DNA from: an uncultured Hormoscilla sp.
GTDB lineage: Bacteria > Cyanobacteriota > Cyanobacteriia > Cyanobacteriales > Desertifilaceae
Direction of reading: 5' to 3'
DNA: 64,000 bases
NCBI GenBank assembly: GCA_963921275.4
Contig: OZ001293.3
Location: forward strand, 3,808,001-3,872,000
The notes under the pieces: model-generated
What the model saw: the letters and a program-made list of their open reading frames with translations, nothing else
Told to the model about the DNA's origin: nothing
Database searches by the model: none
Position numbers and translations under genes: made by a program
In this document: one piece after another, positions 1 to 11,219 of the stretch
How positions within the stretch are numbered: the first letter of the stretch is position 1
How the letters are laid out: every line of letters begins with the position of its first letter

Positions 1-992
1 GGCGTAGTCGTTGCCGTCCCAAAGTGACGGACTACTAGACTCGCTGCCAAATTTCCCAACACCGCTGCTTCCCAAAAGGAAGCCCCTGCTATCAATGCTA
101 ATGTCAGGACCGCTACCACCGTATCTCCCGCACCCGTTACGTCAAATACTTCCGTGCGGTTGAATGCCGGAATGTCCCAATGAAGTATTTCTTCATTTTT
201 CCTTTCAAACAGGGTCATCCCTTCTTCACCGCGAGTAATTAACATTTGCCGTGCTTGAGTTAACAAGAGCAAATCTTGACCAGCAAGAGATAAATCTTGC
301 TCAGTGGCGATCGCATATCCGACAGCTTGTTCTGCTTCGGGCAAATTGGGAGTAAACAAACTGGCCCCAGCATAGCGCCTTAAATTCTTCTGGGTATCGA
401 CGATCGCCCGCTGGTGGGACAAAGCTGCTTCGATCGCTGGCGCAGTCAGCACCCCATCACCATAATTAGAACAGACTACCGCATCAACATTATTCAGTTC
501 GGAACGGATATACTCAGCTAACTGCAATTGTACCTTCAACTCAGGCAACCGATCGGACTTGCGATCGACCCGCACAATCTGCTGATTTACAGACTGACGG
601 GCATGACCAGAAATGCGGGTTTTCGTCACCGTGGGGCGAGTTGCATCCACCAAAACGCCCTGAGTATCAATTCCGGCAGCCTCAAAGATGCCGCACAGCG
701 CTTTTCCCTGGTCATCCTTCCCCACCAGTCCCACTGCCTTCACCTGGGCGCCCAACTTAGCTAAATTGTAAACCGCATTTGCCCCACCGCCAGGGATTTG
801 CTGTGTCGTTTCATGGCGCAAAATCAATACAGGTGCTTCCCGAGAAATTCGTTCTACCTGACCTGTGAGAAATTCATCCAGAGTCAAATCTCCCACCACC
901 AGAACTCGTCCCTGGTGCAAGCGGTCTATCAGGTCCAATAAGCGATCGGCTTGAGAATGTAGCCTCTTCACAAAATCAGCATCAAGATTCAT
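1..992 (-). CDS. rfaE: PfkB-family sugar kinase, RfaE/HldE domain I-like; 3' end runs off the window
   Basis: Manual minus-strand translation: MNLDADFV...VLVVGDLTLDEFLTGQVERISREAPV...GGGANAVYNL...DVTGAGDTV (PfkB motifs). Confidence 0.85.
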   Translation of the reverse strand, partial: MNLDADFVKRLHSQADRLLDLIDRLHQGRVLVVGDLTLDEFLTGQVERISREAPVLILRHETTQQIPGGGANAVYNLAKLGAQVKAVGLVGKDDQGKALCGIFEAAGIDTQGVLVDATRPTVTKTRISGHARQSVNQQIVRVDRKSDRLPELKVQLQLAEYIRSELNNVDAVVCSNYGDGVLTAPAIEAALSHQRAIVDTQKNLRRYAGASLFTPNLPEAEQAVGYAIATEQDLSLAGQDLLLLTQARQMLITRGEEGMTLFERKNEEILHWDIPAFNRTEVFDVTGAGDTVVAVLTLALIAGASFWEAAVLGNLAASLVVRHFGTATTT

Positions 993-995
993 TTG

Positions 996-2806
996 TCATT
1001 TGTCCATATCGTAGGGCGGGCGTCTCGCCTGCCCGGGGGCGTTTTGGCCACTGGCCGCAGTACCTGCACAGCTATCACTGTGGAAAAATTTGATTTCCAG
1101 CAGGTAAGCCTTGTACTCGCCAGATGCTGCAAAATCATAGCTGCGAGTAGCCTCCAGAACAATATCATTTAAAAGAGCATATCCCGTACTCTTGATTGTC
1201 TCTGGCTGGGATGATATTTTGCCCTCTAGATCTACTAATACCCCAACTGTGGGGCATCAGTAGCATTCTTGTCCAGTCCGATGCGGCAAGCCGCATCGGG
1301 ATATGAGGCCGTAATTCGCTTTAGTTCCCACAATAGTTCTGGGTTCTCAGCCGCCTTCTTGCTTGCATCTAACCATGCCTAGATGCTGGCTAGCGCTTCT
1401 GCTGGAGTTGTCCCCACTGGGTTGTAGGCAAACTGCTGTTGCAACTGACGCAATGTAGCGATCGCCCGAGCGGGTATCTTTGTGACTGTAGCTGTCGGCG
1501 TTGTTTCCGGGGCCGAGACCATCGGCTTTGCTGCTACCGTTTCTGGGGAACTTTCCACTGTTGTACTAAGAGGTGATGCCACTGTTTGTGAAATTGCTGC
1601 TTGGTCTACCATTCCGGAAAAATCAGAGTCCTTACTAGCTTCAAGTTCTGCCCGCTTTTGTGCTACCCTTCGTCGTAACTCATCTATTGCCTGCTGGGGA
1701 ATCTTCCTGGGCACAGCTATTGCTGTTTCCGACTGCCTTGGCACTTCTGGGGGAATGCTTGATGGTGCCACAGCTACTTGGGTGCCTGATGACCTCTGGG
1801 CGAGTTCTTGTCGTTTTTGTGCTACCCTTCGTCGCAACTCATCTATTGCCTGCTGGGGAATGTTCTGTCTCATCGCTGTAGAACCTGCTGCTTCTGGCTT
1901 TGGTGCCATCCCTACCACTATTTCCGCAGAACCCATTGAGATGCCAGCCGCCACAGTCCTTTCCAAGTTACTGGCCCTATTTTGCGCTACCCTTCGTCGC
2001 AATTCATCTATTGCCCGCTGGGGAATTTTTTCTGGCAGCGGTCCTACAACTCTCAAGGCTTTCGAGGCCACAGGTAGTCCCTCAAATGCCGACCTTCCAG
2101 ACTGTACCGTCCCGGAAAAATCTAGAAATTGCTGGGGACTCATAACAGATGGTTCCACTTGAGGCAACTGACTGAAAGGTGAATTCACCCCTAGCGGTCT
2201 GTATGCTTGCAGGTCAATAGCTAAAGGCAATTGACTCGTCCTACTCCGATTTTTCCGGAACGGTTCGACTTGCAGGTCTGGTGGTACTGGCAATTGCCTG
2301 ACCGGACCGCTATTTATCTCTGGTGGTAGAGGCAATTGCCTGGGCCGATTTTTCCGGAACGGTTCGCGCTCAATTTGCAGTTGAGACAGTATTGGCTCCG
2401 ATGATGTTATCGGTGGCAAGGACGAGAGATCTATGTAAGATGCTATTGGTGGTGGCGGCGGCAGGTTCAGGGAAGGTAAATCCGAAATTGGCCGTGGTCG
2501 ATCTAAATCTGATGATGTTGTTAACGGGGTGCCATTGTCCGCCGATGACGGTGGCAGTGAGTTGGCTAACAGATCTTTGTCTGGCGCTGTCAGCGGCAGT
2601 GACGGGTAAAGTTTTGGCAAACGGTCCTGTTGTGCCGCTGTTAACTCCAGCAGATTTACCTCTCTTGTTGTCTGCTGCGCTTCTCCTTTCTCAGACATCA
2701 TCGGTAGCACCACTCCCAATATTCCGTGGACTCCGATCGATACTATGGTTGCTATCCAAGAAGTTAGGTTGGCTGACTTCTGGCCAGAATTTGATAAATC
2801 ATACAT
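996..2806 (-). pseudogene. TonB-like proline-rich membrane-anchored protein with disrupted C-terminus
   Basis: ORF 1379-2806 has an N-terminal TM helix (SIGVHGILGV), a Pro-rich linker and three IPQxAIDELRRRVAQ repeats. After TAG at 1379-1381 and a further frameshift the sequence continues VGVLVDLEGKI...KSTGYALLND, resembling a TonB C-terminal domain. Confidence 0.6.
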
Positions 2807-2843
2807 AGTTGATATATAGCGCGATCGCTTGCGAGTAATCAGG

Positions 2844-2878
2844 TTGTCAGTTGTTCGTTGTCAGTTGTTCGTTGTCAG
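2844..2878. repeat. STRR-type heptamer tandem repeats (also about 3586-3650 and 8690-8730)
   Basis: Tandem GTTGTCA/GTTGTTC, TAATTGT/TCATTGC and TAACAAC heptamers at gene ends. Confidence 0.75.
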
Positions 2879-3582
2879 CGGCGATTAACAATCAGCAGGG
2901 AGAAGTAGGACAGTTTTAACTGGGAGTGTGAGCCCAAATCATTATACAGCATTTGGTCTGGCCATGTCGCCCGTTCCACTACATAAGCCTTCTCTAGCAA
3001 TTTTCGCCTGTGCAACACCTGCCAAACTTGAGGATATACCGAATTGACCTTCATCAGCACCACCACATCCGCCCAGTTTAAGACATTTTCCAATTCTTCT
3101 ACAGCATAGAGAGCTGGCAGGACTGCTAGACGCTGATCCTTCATGGTTAAAGGGATGCCCACTGCCGCCGCCGCGGCCATCGGCGAACTGATTCCTGGTA
3201 CTAGCTGGATGTTTACGGCCCCATGCAGTTGCTGCATGCAGTTAGCCAGGTAGTTGAATGTACTATAAAAACTGACATCCCCTTCACAGACAAAGGCGAC
3301 ATCTTGTCCCTGCTGGAGATATGACCATATTTGTGCTACTGCCCCTTGCCAAGCCTGACTTAAAACTGCCTGATCCTGCACATAGGGAAACTTCAACGGC
3401 AGTTGTATTTTTTCGGAATCCAGCCATTGTGATATAATCTCTTCCGCCATGCCTGGTTTGGACTCAACCCCCGCTGGATAGGCAACAACTGGCACCCTTT
3501 GCAGCAGTCGCAACCCCTTCAGGGTGATTAATTCTGGATCCCCTGGACCGACTCCGATCCCGTATAAAATACCTAATTGCAC
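2875..3582 (-). CDS. cobI: precorrin-2 C20-methyltransferase
   Basis: LYGIGVGPGDPELITLK, VAFVCEGDVSFYSTF, VPGISS, VVLMK and YFSL motifs; 235 aa. Confidence 0.92.
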   Translation of the reverse strand: MQLGILYGIGVGPGDPELITLKGLRLLQRVPVVAYPAGVESKPGMAEEIISQWLDSEKIQLPLKFPYVQDQAVLSQAWQGAVAQIWSYLQQGQDVAFVCEGDVSFYSTFNYLANCMQQLHGAVNIQLVPGISSPMAAAAAVGIPLTMKDQRLAVLPALYAVEELENVLNWADVVVLMKVNSVYPQVWQVLHRRKLLEKAYVVERATWPDQMLYNDLGSHSQLKLSYFSLLIVNRR

Positions 3583-3703
3583 CAGTTAATTGTCAATTGC
3601 TAATTGTTCATTGCTAATTGTTCATTGCTAATTGTCATTAACTATTAACAATTGCTCAATTCTCAATTCTCCATTTTCATCTGTTTAATCATAGCGCCAA
3701 ATC

Positions 3704-4057
3704 TTGAGAATTTTTTGGCCCTGCCCAATAAAATGCGCGGTAGCTTGGTTTGGTCCTTTAGACCAGTTTTTGTACATCGATACGGATATCATTGTGTTTG
3801 AAAAGATTGCCCAGGTACTAGATAATTTATCAGTACTAGATAATTTATCAGAGTATGGGTTGATCTGCTGTGATTACTATCACTCAGGCAGGGGGTTGCA
3901 GGATATTTTTTCGCCCCTTGTGCGAGAACAAGGTATTTTTACAGAAGCACAGCTAGCAGATGTATTCAATAGTGGCTTTTGGGCCTCGAAAAGGGGGACC
4001 ATATCGGAAGGGCAAATGTACGATCTTTGGTCAGAGGCTGCCAGACATCGAGAGTAA
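3704..4057 (+). pseudogene. fragment of a GT8-like glycosyltransferase-family protein
   Basis: FLYIDTDIIVF (DxD) and VFNSGFWAS motifs; no N- or C-terminus; internal VLDNLS duplication. Confidence 0.6.
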
Positions 4058-4176
4058 AGGTGGATGGCAGCAACGAGAAAGTAAAAAATAAATTGAAACG
4101 GACAATTTCCCGAAAATGATGGATAATTGTGAATTTAATTAAACCTGATAAAAAGCCGCGACTGTAGAATAGTAAG

Positions 4177-5613
4177 CTAGGGAAATAACTGTCTTTGCTG
4201 TTTATAGCGCTGCTTAAATTCCTGTTGCCTGAGTTTATGATCGACAATGGATTGCGGATAGCCAACTGCTGCGCACAGATCCTCTCGAATGTATCCTGCT
4301 ACTAAATATTCTGGATCCGCAGACCTGAGTTCTGGTATCCATTGGCGGATATATTCCCCTTCCGGGTCGAATTTGACGGTTTGCGCGATCGGGTTTATCA
4401 TCCGCATAGGTTGGGCGTCCATCCCGCTAGAAGCAGTCCATTGCCAACCGCCATTATTAGCAGATAAGTCCCCATCATAGAGTTTCTGCATGAAGTATTT
4501 TTCTCCCCACTGCCAGTCAATCATTAAATCCTTGACCAGGAAGCTAGCGGCGATCATCCGACAGCGGTTGTGCATCCACCCGGTTGCATTCAACTGGCGC
4601 ATGGCAGCATCGACTATCGGATAGCCTGTTTGGCCCTCGCACCAGGCTTGAAAATGGGCTTCGTTATTATCCCAAGGGAAGTTTTCAAAATGGGGACGAT
4701 AGGGCCCCGTTGCTAATGATGGTAAGTGATACATCGCATGTTGGTAGAATTCTCGCCATGCCAATTCTTTTTGCCAGGTTTCGATGTTAGTGCGGCTTTG
4801 ATCGCTGCGGGCTTGTTCGTATACTTTCTTTGATGCTTCCCAGACCCGACGAATGCCAATGGCACCAAATTTGAGCGCTGCACTTAGCATTGATGTGCCC
4901 TCCATATAGGGAAAGTCCCGCTGTTCTTGATAGGCTTCGATAGCCCGATCTACAAATAACCCTAAGCGATCCTGAGCTGCTTTTTCTCCTGGCGGCAACA
5001 ACAATTCATTCTCCCAGATAAATCCTAAATCCTTAGCTGTGGGCAGGGCAATTATCCCTGCTGCTTGAGCCCACTCTCGTTCCTCTGCTGTCAGGTTTTC
5101 CGCATTTGCCAGGGTTGCGACTGGTGCTAGCTTTGGTTTTCGGCGCCAATTTTTCCAAAATGGGGAATAAATTGTGTAAACTTTGCCTGCCTCCGTGCGA
5201 ATTTGCTCTGGCGAGTTCAGTAGCTGGTCCCAAAAACTCGAGAACTCTATGCCTTTCTCTTTTAAGGCATTACTTACCGCCTCATCCCGCTGCTGGGCAT
5301 AAGGTTCTACATCCCGATTCCAGTATACAGCAGTGGCTTTCAGATTATCTGCTAGAGAGGCGATCGCGTGAACTGGCAAGTCCCGAACTATCAACAGTTG
5401 ACTTCCCGCTTCTGCATAGCGCTGCTGCAATTCCTGCAAGCAACCGATCATATAGGTCACTCTTGCCGGTGCCACATCATCCCGTTCCAGGATCTGCGGG
5501 TCCAGACAGAATACTCCCACTACCTTCGGACTGCGATCGCGGGCTGCTGCCAGTCCGATATTATCATCAATGCGTAAATCTCGACCGTGCCAAAATACGA
5601 TTAACTCAGACAT
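4177..5613 (-). CDS. phrA: DNA photolyase (class I CPD)
   Basis: WHGRDLRIDDN, ELAWREFY, GQTGYPIVDAAMRQL, GWMHNRCRM and NNGGWQW motifs. Confidence 0.92.
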   Translation of the reverse strand: MSELIVFWHGRDLRIDDNIGLAAARDRSPKVVGVFCLDPQILERDDVAPARVTYMIGCLQELQQRYAEAGSQLLIVRDLPVHAIASLADNLKATAVYWNRDVEPYAQQRDEAVSNALKEKGIEFSSFWDQLLNSPEQIRTEAGKVYTIYSPFWKNWRRKPKLAPVATLANAENLTAEEREWAQAAGIIALPTAKDLGFIWENELLLPPGEKAAQDRLGLFVDRAIEAYQEQRDFPYMEGTSMLSAALKFGAIGIRRVWEASKKVYEQARSDQSRTNIETWQKELAWREFYQHAMYHLPSLATGPYRPHFENFPWDNNEAHFQAWCEGQTGYPIVDAAMRQLNATGWMHNRCRMIAASFLVKDLMIDWQWGEKYFMQKLYDGDLSANNGGWQWTASSGMDAQPMRMINPIAQTVKFDPEGEYIRQWIPELRSADPEYLVAGYIREDLCAAVGYPQSIVDHKLRQQEFKQRYKQQRQLFP

Positions 5614-5687
5614 TTCTTCCAGCCTTCAAACCTTGCTCAATCATTATCTTTTCATAATATCATCTTGCCCGGTTCGTAGTAAGCACT

Positions 5688-6242
5688 TCAGCTTAATTGC
5701 AAGAAAGGACGCGCTAGCTTTATGCTAGCAATTGACTTGGCATCCAATGCTTCCCCTGCCAGGATCGCCTGCTCAAATTCTTGGGGACTATACAATACAA
5801 TTTCTATATCCTCATCTTCATCTAGTTCGGGCGGGGTTACCAGGGGTTCCAAATCTTCCGCCAGAAAGGCATAGATAATTTCATCAGAATAGCCTGGGGC
5901 CAGGAAAAATTGCCCTAATTTCCGCCATTTGTGCGCCCGATATCCTGTTTCTTCTTCTATTTCTCGCCTAATGGTGATAGCCGGATCCTCATTCGGTTCG
6001 AGCGTCCCTGCGGGGAATTATAACAGACGTCCCTGGGTAGCAAAGCGATATTGCCAGAGTAATACCAGTTTACCATCTGGAGTGGCGGGAACGGCCAGGG
6101 CACCGCCGGGGTGACGGATGCATTCCCATTCCCCTTTCGCACCGTTGGGTAACCGGAGAGTCTTGGCTTCAAAGCCAAATTTGCGTCCTTGGTAGGACAT
6201 GCGTTGTTTCAGCAGTTGTGGGGGTTCCCGTTTTAGTGGCAT
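5688..6242 (-). pseudogene. NUDIX hydrolase (ADP-ribose pyrophosphatase-like) with an in-frame stop
   Basis: HPGGALAVP...GRLL*FPAGTLEPNEDPAITIRREIEEETGY: NUDIX box intact, but TAA at 6018-6020 sits where a Glu codon is expected. Confidence 0.85.
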
Positions 6243-6576
6243 ATTCCGAGTATAGATCGTTAGTTCGTAGGGCGGATCGCACTTCTGTGCTATTAAATCA
6301 TCATATAACAATATTTCCCAGTTTTAACTTCTCCCTTGCTGCTGTGTTCCCGGATCGAGATTCGATATCTCTGCTCCTTGCTCTTGTTTCAAGAGCGCAG
6401 TCCCGTAGAGGCGAGCACACGGCTGGCGCTCCCGCAAGGGATACGGCACACAGGAGACATCGATGTCTCCTAGGGCTTCGATGCACTCGAGACGACCCGA
6501 CGAAACTGTGGCTATCGACAAGAAACCCGGTCCTTTACTCAATTTCTTAATTCAAAACCTCAAAATGGCCGGTGTC

Positions 6577-7239
6577 CTATCCTTGAATAATGGCACTGAC
6601 CGTAGGACTCCAAGGTCCAGCCAAGCCCCTATTATTCACCCAGCGTAACATATAATGAGCAATTTTGTTAGCATCAACTCCCTGATAGGTGATCTTAAAA
6701 GGAGTGGATGTATTAATTCCTAAGAACTTTAACTCGCTACTGGGGTCAGTGGGCGGGGCATCTCCCAATTTAACCCATATTTCGCAACCGAATACCCCAG
6801 CAGGTTTCCTCCGACGCTGGCTTGCTTCGTCCACGAAATGAATCACGTGCTGAAAGCGGTCTTTTACATCTATCCGCCCCAATGGTCGAGAATAGGGAGT
6901 CCCAACACTGGTTCTTTGTGTCTGTGGCACTGTAATTTTCAGAGACTCACGAACCTCATCGGTGACCATGGGGTTAACTTGCAGCCGTTGAGTCACCTTG
7001 CGGAGCAGGGACTGTGAAATTTTGCGAGAATCATCTTTACCGCGACAAGCACTTTGGGCAGCTATTTGGGCGGTTTGGTGGTTGGTATAGGCGGTTTCCC
7101 AGGCAGTTTGGTTGCTCTTTAGTGCGGCTAATTCCTCTGAAGTCAATCCCAATTTATCCCGATTAGCAGCTACATATTCAACGAAGTTAGCCTGCCAGGA
7201 AGTATACTCGGCATCATTTTTGGGAATGTAATCATTCAT
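6577..7239 (-). CDS. hypothetical protein (220 aa): helical N-half and beta-rich FnIII-like C-half
   Basis: MNDYIPKNDAEY...YMLRWVNNRGLAGPWSPTVSAII. The reading frame stays open upstream into the repeat array up to 7470. Confidence 0.75.
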   Translation of the reverse strand: MNDYIPKNDAEYTSWQANFVEYVAANRDKLGLTSEELAALKSNQTAWETAYTNHQTAQIAAQSACRGKDDSRKISQSLLRKVTQRLQVNPMVTDEVRESLKITVPQTQRTSVGTPYSRPLGRIDVKDRFQHVIHFVDEASQRRRKPAGVFGCEIWVKLGDAPPTDPSSELKFLGINTSTPFKITYQGVDANKIAHYMLRWVNNRGLAGPWSPTVSAIIQG

Positions 7240-7302
7240 AATCTTGTCTCTTGTTCTATACAACTGCGAGTAAGCACTTGAGTGCTTGCGGGTTTGTAGT
7301 AA

Positions 7303-7623
7303 GCACTTCAGTGACTGAGTGCGGCACTTCACCTCAGTAGTCAGGCACTTCACCTCAGTAGTCAGGCACTTCACCTCAGTAGTCAGGCACTTCTCCGAAT
7401 GAGTGCGACAGTTCACCTCAATAGTCAGGCACTTCACCGAATGATTCAGGGACTTTCCCGAATCATTCAAGGAGTCTCCGAATGAGTGCGACAGTTCACC
7501 TCAGTAGTCAGGGACTTCCCCGAATGATTCAGGGACTTCCCCGAATGATTCAGGGAGTCTCCGAATGAGTGCGACAGTTCACCTCAGTAGTCAGGGACTT
7601 CCCCGAATGATTTAGGGACTCCC
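7303..7623. repeat. tandem array of about 15 degenerate 21-nt units
   Basis: Units GCACTTCACCTCAGTAGTCAG, GGACTTCCCCGAATGATTCAG and ACAGTTCACCTCAGTAGTCAG; two 20-nt units at 7471 and 7554. Confidence 0.92.
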
Positions 7624-8218
7624 TTGACTCCGTTAGAGACTCTTCTAGAATAAAATTTACACACATTAGATTATCACAGCGTCACTTTTGTTAAAGGTAG
7701 TGGGTCACAAGTAGTGATTACCGAAAACCCAGACTGTGACCCCGGCTGGCCCCGGCGGGGACACGGGACCGAAATCAAATCACTAAGCTGACGCACCGTT
7801 CCGGAAAAATCAGAATGGCCACTACCTCCCCGCCAAATCTGTCTCCTACAGGCTAACACTGCTGACGCTACAAGAGGCAAAGCCTTAAAGGCAGCATTGG
7901 CTCAGCCCCAAAAGTTTTTGAACTCATCAGTGATTACCCGGATGACACTAACCCGACTATTATCCTAAGATATATACGAACAGGAGTAGCGGGTCATACT
8001 CAATTATGATAGACGGTCTGCCAAAGATTGAGGGTACAAGTAGTGATTTTAGCGCCTGAAACCCAGAACCGCAATCAAAGCACTACCAGAATAATGGCTG
8101 AAACTCGCTTGCGCGGAAAATCGAGGGAGACTTCATTGACCGGCGATGTCTCCTTTTGTCCCGCTAGGGATCGGGACCGGCTCAATATGGGTCAAACACG
8201 AAACAAGGACACTATACT

Positions 8219-8350
8219 ATGAGTGCGATCGATAATTTCGTCAAAACCTACAGCGACAAGAACTACCAGCACACCACCATGGTGCGCCACAAGGGAACAG
8301 TCGTGGCTTTGGCAATGGATAACACACGGCACATCTACTACTTTGAGTGA
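8219..8350 (+). pseudogene. N-terminal fragment of a large LamG-domain-type protein
   Basis: MSAIDNFVKTYSDKNYQHTTMVRHKGTVVALAMDNTRHIYYFE*; from memory this resembles the start of large cyanobacterial LamG proteins. Confidence 0.4.
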
Positions 8351-8480
8351 TAAAATACAAGTCGATAATGTCCTTAACTTCAGCTCTATCCTCGAAGGCA
8401 CTGATTTTATTAGCTCCCATGTCCTTGAGGTTATTTAGGTAGATACCCGAGTCGGTTTGGCGCAAATAGCCGAACAAATT
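8340..8480 (-). pseudogene. AbiEii-type nucleotidyltransferase fragment
   Basis: NLKDMGANKISAFEDRAEVKDIIDLYFI matches the K..A..R...(R/K)D..D motif of the family. Confidence 0.55.
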
Positions 8481-8732
8481 AAATTCCTTTCGATTTGGAT
8501 GGTGAAGTCAGATGGAATCCTTAGCAATCAAATTAAAATCATCGGTGTAAGCAGGGTAATCGCAGCTAAATCAGCCTCTTGTAATACCCAAATTTTAGAG
8601 TCAATTTTCAGCATTATCAAAACATAATAAAGACCTGAAAACAGTATGAATGCAAACTGACAACGGATAGGCGAGACGTCTATCCCGAACAACTAACAAC
8701 TAACAACTGACCGCTAACAACTGACCATTGAC

Positions 8733-10715
8733 TTAACCAGAAAAAGGAGGAAGTAGAATCTCCTCCTTTTCTTTTTCCTTTTTTTCCGCTGTCAAAGACG
8801 GCCAAAGGACTGCTTCTGTGGTAGCAGCGAGAAGGATATCCTCCATCTCAGGCAACTTCTCCAGGGAGAGACTAGTAGACTGAATACCACCCGACAGGTG
8901 CTTGAGCAATTGCGGTCTGGGGTCTTTCAGGATATAGATGTAGATGATCTGATCGCCCGGACGCCACTCTTGAGAAGGTGAAGCCACTTCCAAACGGTCC
9001 GATCTTTTAATCAACAGTGGCAGTAACTCTCCTGCCCCCACTAATGCTTGCAGATGATCCTGCTGAAAGGAAAATCCCGGATCGTTAAGGGTCGTTGCTC
9101 CCAACTTCACCTGGCTTGAATGCAGGTGCTGGTTCCAAGTCTTAATTTGCAACTCCGGCACAAAGGCCTGAGTAACTTTCTTGTTACTGCCAACTGCGGC
9201 AGAAGCTTGTGGGTTACTAGGGAAGACAGCATGCACGCGCGGCGGCTCGAACTCCTCTAGGGCCCGCTGAGCCAACACCAGATTCACCTCACCATTATTA
9301 GTCATTGCTAGGAACGTCCCCATCGATTCGAGTCCCGCCTTCTCCAAGACGCTGGTATCGAGGGCACTGCTTAAATACACCCGCAGACCTTCCTCTTTCG
9401 CTTGGCGATAAGCTTCATCATTCGTATCAATCAGAACCACTGACTCTCCCCGGTCTTGATACAGACGGGCAATCAATTTACTCAAGGGATGAATCCCCAC
9501 AATTACGGCACCTGTAGCTTTTGTCGAAGTGATTTGTAGCAAACGAGCCACCAAGCCAGCTGTTAGTCCCTGACATGCCACTGTCATGATAATTGTCAGG
9601 AAAACTAGGGCTTTAATCGAATCTCCACCGTTGATTCCGCGTTGGGTCAGCAAAATCGAAAACAGAGAAGCTACAGAAGCCGAAACTATTCCTCTAGGCG
9701 CAATCCAGCTCAAAAATAGCTTCTGACGCCAGTTCAGTGAACTGTTCCAAGTGCAGACCAATATATTCACAGGGCGGACCACAAACATCAGGGTCAAGAC
9801 CGTGAAAACGCTACCCCAACCTAAAGCAAAGATACTGGCTATCGACAGGTCTGCTGCTAGCAGAATGAACAGCACTGAGACTGCCAGAATGGTCAATTGA
9901 CCTTTGAAGCGCCGCAACAATCTCTCCTCTGGCAGGGCCAAGGTGCGGACTACAATCCCCAATATGACCGTTGCCATCAATCCTGACTCGTTGAGGATCA
10001 TTTGTGCTAAACCAAACAAGGCCAACAAGCTAGCCAAAACTACCAGATTTTTCAGATCTTCCGAAAGAAAATGCATCCGTTTGAGCAGCAGTCCCAGCAG
10101 CCAGCCGCCCACACCGCCGATGCCGGCGCCGATAGCCAGGCGCAGCACCAGGCCAATAATCGCCGTCATCGGGTCAGCATCCCCATTAATGATGATGTCT
10201 AGTACCACCACTGCCAGAATCGCCCCCACTGGGTCGATCAAGACTCCTTCTCCCTCTAGTAAGGTGGCTACAGGTTGTTGCACCTTGACATGTTTCAGCA
10301 GGGGAGAGATTACCGTCGGACCGGTAACTACCACTAATGAGGCGTACAGAAAGGCAATTTTCCAGGGGAATTCGCTGAGAATATGAGCGGCTATCCCACC
10401 CCCCATCAGCGTAATCAGAATCCCAATAGTGACTAAGTTTCGCAGGCCCACGGAAACCTTTCCCAGGTCTCGCAGTTCTAAGTTAAGACCACCTTCAAAC
10501 AGAATCAATGCTACTGACAAGGCCACAATCACTTCCAGGCCGATCCCCAGCTGCTGGGGATGTAGCAGATTCAATCCACTCGGGCCTAAGATAATGCCAA
10601 ACAGCAGTAATAATACGATGGCTGGGACTTTCAGATAGTCTGCCACCACCTGCGCACTGATTCCTGCTGTCACCGTGAGGACGATCAGCAGGATGATTTC
10701 TAAAGATTCTTCCAT
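8733..10715 (-). CDS. CPA1 Na+/H+ antiporter with C-terminal TrkA-N domain
   Basis: Multiple TM helices; ILFEGGLNL, VVTGPTVI, EGEGVLIDPVG and WIAPRGIVSAS motifs; NAD-binding-like tail. Start placed at MEES. Confidence 0.9.
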   Translation of the reverse strand: MEESLEIILLIVLTVTAGISAQVVADYLKVPAIVLLLLFGIILGPSGLNLLHPQQLGIGLEVIVALSVALILFEGGLNLELRDLGKVSVGLRNLVTIGILITLMGGGIAAHILSEFPWKIAFLYASLVVVTGPTVISPLLKHVKVQQPVATLLEGEGVLIDPVGAILAVVVLDIIINGDADPMTAIIGLVLRLAIGAGIGGVGGWLLGLLLKRMHFLSEDLKNLVVLASLLALFGLAQMILNESGLMATVILGIVVRTLALPEERLLRRFKGQLTILAVSVLFILLAADLSIASIFALGWGSVFTVLTLMFVVRPVNILVCTWNSSLNWRQKLFLSWIAPRGIVSASVASLFSILLTQRGINGGDSIKALVFLTIIMTVACQGLTAGLVARLLQITSTKATGAVIVGIHPLSKLIARLYQDRGESVVLIDTNDEAYRQAKEEGLRVYLSSALDTSVLEKAGLESMGTFLAMTNNGEVNLVLAQRALEEFEPPRVHAVFPSNPQASAAVGSNKKVTQAFVPELQIKTWNQHLHSSQVKLGATTLNDPGFSFQQDHLQALVGAGELLPLLIKRSDRLEVASPSQEWRPGDQIIYIYILKDPRPQLLKHLSGGIQSTSLSLEKLPEMEDILLAATTEAVLWPSLTAEKKEKEKEEILLPPFSG

Positions 10716-11219
10716 AAGCGATGTTTTGCCAGCTGGAAGCTCAAGTGTTTCCACTGAGCACTCACACCACACAGCAATTGTTATTTTTTATCCTAGCTTA
10801 TATTCCTGCTGTTGCTCTGTTGCTACTGGGGCTCCACTAGGCAGTCACGATCTCCGGAACCTAATTATACTCCCGCTAAATCGGATTCTATCTAGGTGCT
10901 CATATACTATAATCTATTGTAACGATATTTAAAATATTTTGCCTTTTGGCCGCAGTACGATCGGGTTTTGCCAGGGTAAAATGTTAAAATATGTTATTAA
11001 AAGTTAAGTTAAAAGTACAGTTGCCCACTATTCGCACTACCCAGGGGACACCGAACGCTGGTTTTCCAGTCCGTAGTAGCTGGTGCATCCTTTTGAACTG
11101 TCCACAGCGGTGTCCCCTGGGAGATATATTCGCACTACCCAGGGGACACCGCTAGCTGATTGGCCCTGTCCTGTGCCTTGACGGGAGTTGCAGGTGAGGC
11201 TGAGGAGAAAAATTGAAAA

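Noticed and set aside
1482..2808. Long plus-strand ORFs of 226 and 161 aa, and similar antisense ORFs over pyk, leuC, the antiporter and the PKS
   Set aside because: Shadows of well-supported genes on the opposite strand.
6018..6020. Programmed stop-codon readthrough in NUDIX
   Set aside because: A single-base GAA to TAA change among many pseudogenes is the simpler explanation.
6270..6325. folK remnant (ILLYDDLI on the minus strand)
   Set aside because: Only about 8 residues plus expected synteny; too little to annotate.
7303..7623. CRISPR array
   Set aside because: Units are contiguous with no unique spacers, and no cas genes are present.
10915..11020. HLR1/RpaB-like sites upstream of cytM
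   Set aside because: AT-rich with only loose matches to the direct repeat.
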